From Octopus vulgaris (taxonomy: Eukaryota), in NCBI GenBank assembly GCA_951406725.2, contig OX597838.1, positions 17,608,001 to 17,672,000 on the forward strand: DNA of 64,000 bases, given 5' to 3'. The translations under genes were made by a program, and so were the position numbers. Below the pieces are notes generated by a model. That model ran no database searches and was not told the origin of the DNA. It was given only the letters and a program-made list of their open reading frames with translations. Positions 56,175 through 64,000 of this stretch are shown piece after piece. Every line of letters begins with the position of its first letter. Positions within the stretch are counted from its first letter, which is position 1.

Positions 56175-56466
56175 ATAACCACCAGACTTCGTTTTCGTTA
56201 TCTATTCCTTCTGTTTTGCATATGTGAATTACAGGGTTTGTCGTGCCCGGAGTCCAACTTTGATCTTATATATATATATATAAAGTTAATCCAAACATGA
56301 AAACACAAAGAGAAAATACAACAACGTGAGGACGTGGAACAAGTATAGTGTTATTGGACGCTCAGGAAAGAAGGAAAGAAGGAGCTCTTCATCAGAAATA
56401 TAGGAAAAGGAAAGATCCAAAGAAGGGAAGACGGAGGAAAAAAATCGCCAACCGTACACATGCGGT

Positions 56467-56506
<40 letters not shown>

Positions 56507-56572
56507 AAATCCGCAAAGTCGTGAATCCGCGATAGTTGAACCGCGAAGTAGCGAGGGATCACTGTATTCATT

Positions 56573-56960
56573 ACTAGCAGTATCGCCCGGCGTTGCTCGG
56601 GTTTGTAAGGGAAATAACTATAAAGCACTTTTAGAGAGTTATAGCCAAAAAATAGCAAAAAAAATTGGGAAAAAAATTATGGTAAATTTTTTTTTGATAG
56701 TTAAAAAGGCCGAGTTGCGTCCCCTACACCATCTGCGGTTTGTGTTTCTGATTGTCGACCCCATGTCGAATTTATCGATCTTTTTCTGAACTGGGGGAAC
56801 TTTTCAAAATTTTCGCTGCGTTAGTTTTGAATTATGACATTGGGCTATGTGTGTGTCAAGTTTCATCAGAATCGGTTGAAAGCCGTGGTCAGAGTGAGGG
56901 TACAAACAAACAGACACACAGAAACACGCACAGACAAACTGCCGTTTATATAGAGAGAGA
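56573..56960 (-). mobile_element. non-autonomous Helitron with the same 3' end as 54614-55126
   Basis: Reverse complement ends ...CCCGAGCAACGCCGGGCGATACTGCTAG|t; 5' end TCTCTCTATATAAACGGCAG. Confidence 0.78.
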
Positions 56961-57504
56961 TAATCGGAATACATCTATCATGAAGATGTACGAGATAAAA
57001 AAAACTTTAACTCTTAAGGGAGACAACTGTAAAAATTGGTCAAGGGGAAGTAACTTGAGCAATAACCAATGAACAGACGAGAAATATACGTAATATTCGA
57101 GATAGAAATAAGCATCTGACGAGATTTTGACTATTAGTGATAGACACGGGGGTACGGAACTCTGTTCTGTGTAATCCATGTTATTATTTCCCTGTATGAT
57201 GAACTCGCAGACTCACTAAAGCGTCGTTTAAGCGTCATATTTCTCCCGGTTCTACCGTTGCGTTTTGTGTTCAAAATAGGGAAATTAACTAGTTTATTAT
57301 TGCCAGAAGAGGTGTGTCTTTTTTAAATGAACGTCAATCTTAAGGACGATGGTAACCCTTAGGTCTAGTTGACCCTTACACAGCGACAAGGCATAAAAAT
57401 TCCTGATGTCCGTGAAAGTTAAGGGTTACTCATGCCGGTCACTCATTTGTAAGCTGGCGCTATCAAGTCGGCCATCCGCTTCACGCGTGATGAAATTAAC
57501 ATTA

Positions 57505-57980
<476 letters not shown>

Positions 57981-58547
57981 GTGACTAAATTAATTACTGA
58001 TTGATAGGCGCCAACATTATGCCTAAGATTTGACTGTTACGAACTGGTGTCGCTAAATATACTAACATGCAGAATGCCAACAAAGCGATTTCAGCATCTT
58101 GTCTGAAAAACGTGGACTTATCAGTAAAATGACGTTGTTTGGATAGTATAAAGAAACATGTGATCTAAACAAACCAATGAAATTCGAAATTCGTAGAAGC
58201 CATTTTAACGCATTCAAATTTTCTTTTAAAGCTCTTCTTAACTTTCTCCACTCTCTCTAGATAGATGCTTCTTCCTTCGCGAGCCACGCCTGGCTCATTA
58301 GGACCAGATTCCCGGTTTCCCTGGCGTATAGGTTCTCCACCTGGACGGGGCGCCGGTCCGTCGCAGGTGAGCTGCAAGTTGCAGGAGAAAAGAGTCAGCA
58401 GAAGTTTCGCCATTACCTTCTGCCGGTCAAACGTGGAGCTTAGGTGTTTCGCTCATATAAACACACGCATCACCCGGTCTGAGATTCGAACCCGCGATCC
58501 CTCGACCGCGAGTCCGCTGCTCTAACCACTAGGCCATGTGCCTCCAC

Positions 58548-58632
<85 letters not shown>

Positions 58633-58714
58633 TGTTTCTTTATTAGCCACACAGGGCTGAACACATAGGGGACAAATTACAAAGTAGAGCTTTTCTTTTG
58701 GGGGAGAAAAAAAC

Positions 58715-58763
<49 letters not shown>

Positions 58764-58776
58764 GTAGGTAGGTAGG

Positions 58777-58827
<51 letters not shown>

Positions 58828-58944
58828 GTAAGTAAGTAGGTAGGTAAATAGACAGGAAGGTAGGTAGATAGGTAGGTAGGTAGGTAGGTAGGTAGGTAGG
58901 TAGGTAGGTAGGTAGGTAGGTAGGTAGGTAGGTAGGTAGGTAGG

Positions 58945-59011
<67 letters not shown>

Positions 59012-59072
59012 GTAAGTAAGTAGGTAGGTAAATAGACAGGAAGGTAGGTAGGTAGGTAGGTAGGTAGGTAGG

Positions 59073-59143
<71 letters not shown>

Positions 59144-59224
59144 GTAAGTAAGTAGGTAGGTAAATAGACAGGAAGGTAGGTAGATAGGTAGGTAGGTAGG
59201 TAGGTAGGTAGGTAGGTAGGTAGG

Positions 59225-59299
<75 letters not shown>

Positions 59300-59300
59300 G
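58715..59300. repeat. (GATA)n/(GGTA)n compound repeat with a higher-order unit present three times
   Basis: Spacer GGTAAGTAAGTAGGTAGGTAAATAGACAGGAAGG recurs at about 58827, 59011 and 59143. Confidence 0.9.
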
Positions 59301-59549
59301 CATACATACATATATAAACTGTAGAATTCCAGGAAACATTGGCGGTTAGTGAATATAAAAATTAGTTTGCCGTGAACAAGAAGTAAAGGTCTATGTTGCT
59401 GCTGGTGCTGCCTTAGTTGTTGTTGTCCTTGTTGTCCTGGGCTACATCCCTACCCATCAGGTAAATGGCACGCACGCTGTCGCGTGGACAGTATGACGGT
59501 CTGGACATTCTGTATAACTGTCCACTGTCCACTCTAGTTCAGGACACAT

Positions 59550-60010
59550 GTTGCTGTCGCTGCTGCTGCTGCTGCTGCTGCCGATGATGATGATGATGGT
59601 GGTGGTGATGATGATGGTGGTGGTGGTGGTGGTGATGATGATGATGGTGGTGGTGGTGGTGGTGGTGGTGGTGGTGGTGGTGGTGGTGGTGGTGGTGGTG
59701 ATGACGATGAGGACGACGATGGTGCTGGTGGTGCTGGTGCTGGTGGTGCTGGTGGTACTGGTGGTGGTTGTGCTGGTGGTGCTGGTGGTGTTAGTGGTGG
59801 TGGTGCTGGTGGTGCTGGTGGTGCTGGTGGTGCTGGTGGTGATGACGATGATGATGGTGGTGGTGGTGGTGGTGGTGGTGGGTGGTGATGGTGGTGGTGG
59901 TGGTCATGATGGTGATGATGATGATGATGGTGGTGCTGGTGGTGCTGGTGGTGCTGGTGGTGCTGGTGGTGCTGGTGCTGGTGGTGGTGGTGCTGCTGCT
60001 GGTGCTGGTG
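59550..60010. repeat. (GGT)n/(GAT)n/(GCT)n trinucleotide tract
   Basis: Read directly. Similar tracts at 60365-60590 and 62130-62492. Confidence 0.9.
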
Positions 60011-60718
60011 TAATTACTGTTGTTAGGACACTAATTGGCTCTGGTTAATCAAAAACATTCCAACAGCGACCATTCTCCTCACCCCACCCCCCTTCCACCG
60101 TCCATTAGCTTTGATAGAAGTTTTGAGATTTACATGAAATTTTGATCCACTTCACCCCTGGTACCTGTGGAAAAAGATTCAGGAGGGGCATTGAAGAAAA
60201 GCGGAGGGGCGATAATGGGGTGGCCAAAAGGTGGCGATAATGGCGTAGCCAATAGGGTGGGGGTGGGGGGCGATGAATGTAAAACCATCAAAATAATGGG
60301 TTAATTCGGTTAAGTTTTACTTGTGAAATATAGTTGCCTTGAATGTACTGTAGGAAGTGATCTGTGTGTGGTGGTGGTCGTCGTGGTGGTCGTGGTCATG
60401 GTGATGGTAGTGGTGATGGTGGTGGTGATGGTGGTAGTCGTGGTCGTGGTAGTGGTGATGGTGGTGGTGGTGGTGGTCGTCGTGGTCGTGGTCGTGGTCG
60501 TGGGCGGGTGATGGTAGTGGTGATGGTGGTGATGGTGATGGTGGTGGTGGTGGTGGTGGTGGTGGTGGTGGTGGTGGTAGTAGTGATGAGTGGGGCTGCG
60601 CTATGAGCGTGGTCTGGGTCCCAAGGGGGGCGGCAGCTCGAACAAGTTTGGGAACCACAGCCTTAGAGGCTCTGACCAGAGCTTTTACTTCACTTCTCTT
60701 TCTCAATATCATTTTTCA

Positions 60719-60794
<76 letters not shown>

Positions 60795-61200
60795 CAATGG
60801 CGTCGGTTCTTTCTTGACCCCCTACTATTTTTCATTAATATCCCGAATCCGACTTATCGTTAGCTTTTTATCACTGTTTCAGTCGCTAGTTGGCCTTTTC
60901 AAGTGTATAAAAATTAAAATGTTCCTTCGCGAGCCATGCCAGGCTCATAAGGGCCGGTTTCCCGGTTTCACTGGCGTAGAAATTCCCCACCTGGACGGGA
61001 CGCCGGTCCGTCGCAGCGTTACTCATTTTCGCCAGCTGAGTGGACTGGAGCAAAGTAAAATGAAGAGTTTTGCTCAAGAACACAACGCGTCGCCCGCTCT
61101 AGGAATCGAAACCACAACCATACGATCATGAGTTCAATACCCTAGCCACAAAGCCTTGCGCGTCCACTAGTGTATACACTTAGAATATAATCCACGAAAC

Positions 61201-61975
61201 GTGGAGGCGCAATGGCCCAGTGGTTGGAGCAGCGGACTCGTGGTCATAGGATCGCGGTTTCGATTCCCAGACCGGACGTTGTGAGTGCTTGTTTATTTAG
61301 CGAAAACATTTAAAGCTCCACGAGGTTCCAGCAGGGGGTGGTGGCGAACCCTGCTGTACTCTTTCACCACAGCTTTCTCTCACTCTTTCTTCCTGTTTCT
61401 ATTGAACCTGTATTTTCAAAGGGGCTAGCCTTGTCACACGCTGTGTTACGCTGAATCTCCCCGAGGACTACGTTAAGGGTACACGTGTCTGTGAAGTGCT
61501 CAGCCACTTGCACGTTACTTTTACGAGCAGGCTGTTCCGTTGATCGGATCAACCGGAACCCTCGTCGTCGTAACCGACGGAGTGCTTCCTTCCTTTAAAA
61601 AATCCACGAAGCGTGGAGGCGCAATGGCCCAGTGGTTAGGGCAGCGGACTCGCGGTCATAAGATCGCGGTTTCGATCTTGTGAGTGCTTGTTTATTAAGC
61701 GAAAACACCTAAAGCTCCACGAGGGTGGTGGTGAACCCTTCTGTATTCTTTCACCACAGCTTTCTCTCACTCTTTCTTCCTATTTCTGTTGAACCTGTAT
61801 TTCAAAGGGGCCGGCCTTGTCACACTCTGTGTCACGCTGAATCTCCCCGAGGACTACGTTAAGGGGTACACGTGTCTGTGGAGTGCTCAGCCACTTGCAC
61901 GTTACTTTCACGAGCAGGCTGTTTCCATTCATCGGATCAATTGGGACGCTCATCGTCGTAACCGACGGAATGCTA
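61201..61975 (+). mobile_element. two tandem SINE family C copies
   Basis: Heads at 61201 and 61613; AATCCACGAA occurs before, between and after the copies (TSD-like). Confidence 0.88.
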
Positions 61976-62214
61976 TAATAATCCACGAAGAAATAATCAG
62001 TTAAAGAGATTTTAGATTTTAGTCATCCATCGTCCATTAGCTTTGATAGAAGTTTTGAGATTTACATGAAATTTTGATCCTCTTCACCCCTGGTACCCGT
62101 GGAAAAAGATTCAGGAGGGGTATTGAGAAGGCGGTGGTGGTGGTGGTGGTGGTGGTGGTGGTCGTGGTCGTGGTGGTCGTGGTGATGGTAGTGGTGGTGG
62201 TGGTGGTCGTGGTG

Positions 62215-62249
<35 letters not shown>

Positions 62250-63049
62250 GGTGGTCGTCGTGGTCGTGGTGGTGTTGGTGATGGTGGTGGTGGTGGTGGT
62301 CGTGGTCGTGATGGTAGTGGTGGTGGTGATGGTGGTGGTGGTGGTGGTAGTAGTGGTGGTGGTGGTGGTGGTGGTGGTGGTGGTGGTCGTAGTGGTGGTC
62401 GTGGTGGTGGTGGTTGTGGTGGTGGTGGTCGTGGTGGTGGTGGTGGTGGTGGTGGTGGTGGTGGTGGTGGTGGTGGTGGTGGTGGTGGTGGTGAGTGGGG
62501 GGTGCGCAATGAGTGTGGTCTGGGTCCCAAGGGGGCGGCAGCTCGAACAAGTTCGTATTTTATTCCATTTGTTATAAGATGTTCATGTCATATTCTTTAA
62601 ACAAATCTTTTTAAATTAATATTTTTTCTAAGAAATTTTTTTAGAAGAGTATCACAGACAACAACAGAAAAAACTCCCTCAAATTACAACCTAATAATTG
62701 TTTAGAAATAGGACAATACTGTTATTGTTAAATTGCGTTTATAAATAGACGAGATGGTCCCGACTGGAATGTCTTTCATCAGTGTTCTCCAGATGAATCT
62801 GTGTCTAATAGCAACAAACTATAAACTTGGAGCTCTCAGATTCGGTTGCGCTTGAAAACAATCTTCTTAAGTTATCTCCCTTGCATTGCTGAAGCTATTC
62901 GTTGTGACTACAAATTCTTGTCGAACCAATTAATTTTTTTCAAATGCATTCAAGCTATGTATTTGCTGAGGAAGAGCACAGCATGAATTTATGTGGCATT
63001 CATGCTTTCCTCAATGACATTTAATGATATATGCAAATTGAAATGTCTT

Positions 63050-63083
<34 letters not shown>

Positions 63084-63089
<6 letters not shown>

Positions 63090-63214
63090 TATATAGAAGG
63101 AGCTTCTACAGGACTAGAACTGTTTCATTCAAGAGAAATCTTCAGGAAGCTCCTGAAGATTTCTCTTGAATGAAACAGTTCTAGTCCTGTAGAAGCTCCT
63201 TCTATATAATAAAT
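63084..63214. repeat. perfect 64-bp-arm hairpin containing a hammerhead-like core
   Basis: Arms 63084-63147 and 63151-63214, 3-nt loop; CTGAAGA 63153-63159, GAAAC 63172-63176, GTA 63189-63191. Confidence 0.85.
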
Positions 63215-64000
63215 TAATTTTACTCTGCTATGTATTGAGTACCTTATTTACTGTGGTTAACCCCGAATCAACCCGGGACCTACATATATATATATATATA
63301 TATATATAAAGGGTAAAGACCCCCTTCGGTCATGAATGACCATGGGATTGCACCTAGAAAGTTGCCCTCCTAGACACAAGTCCGGGCAAGGTTGTTTATG
63401 GAAGATCAGCAGTCGCCCATGCATACCAGCCTCCCCTCTCCAAGCCACCAGTGTTATCCAAGGGAAAGACAAAGGTCGATACAGATTGGCACCTGTGAGG
63501 TCGCAACTCATTTCTAAAGCTGAGTGAACTGGAGCAACGTGAAATAAAGTGCCTTGCTCAAGAACACAACACGCAGCCCGGTCCGGGATTCGAGCTCACA
63601 ACCTCACGATCGTAAGCTCGACGCTCTAACCACTGAGCCATGCGTCTTTCCTATATATATATATAGGAAAAAAGCAACAAGAATGGATCAATATATCGGT
63701 ACAATTGTTTCGTACGAGGACATCTTTAATAAAGCTACAATTGTACGAAAGAATTGTACTGATATATTGATCCATTCTTGTTGCTTTTTTCCTATTTGTA
63801 ATCACCCCACTTTGTCGTATGGTTAACACCATATAGATTTCCGGTGCATCCTAGTTAAGTACCATATTCATGTGAATTCATTAGAACTCACTTGAATCTC
63901 AATTGCTTAAACCTATATATATATATATATAATGTATGTGGTGTAATTTGAGGAGTACATGCAGCACTTAAATTAAGTACCAGCTGCGTACTGGTGGTCG

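Noticed and set aside
62062-62577. Poly-His/poly-Pro/poly-Val ORFs suggesting a metal-binding protein near a zinc transporter
   Set aside because: It is a (GGT)n/(CGT)n microsatellite open in several frames with no splice support.

Overview
This is eukaryotic, AT-rich, microsatellite-saturated genomic DNA. Its repeat landscape ((TA)n/(CA)n/(GATA)n tracts, dense tRNA-derived SINEs) looks like an octopus or other coleoid cephalopod genome (inference). Nearly all ORFs in the supplied track are simple-repeat or SINE artefacts. One host gene can be built by hand: a minus-strand LIV-1-family zinc/metal transporter (SLC39A/ZIP, ZIP8/ZIP14-type EExPHE motif) with 7 coding exons, join(39671-39300, 31904-31736, 28488-28319, 26371-26255, 18932-18659, 15207-15020, 13096-12965). 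All six introns are GT-AG and phase-compatible, giving 1422 nt / 473 aa. The rest is TE debris: four tRNA-derived SINE families, CR1/L2-like, RTE, Tx1/L1, R4/Dong-like and Penelope-like retroelement fragments, mariner derivatives, Helitron-like elements and an initiator tRNA-Met pseudogene. The most unusual signal is a set of at least 8 short inserts beside (TA)n tracts. Most are unrelated in sequence and form long near-perfect hairpins, and several carry minimal hammerhead-ribozyme cores (CTGAnGA...GAAAC...GTH with palindromic stem III). They look like Penelope pseudo-LTR/retrozyme-type elements, and one lies sense to the ZIP pre-mRNA just upstream of the first coding exon. Repeat boundaries were read by eye and are approximate.
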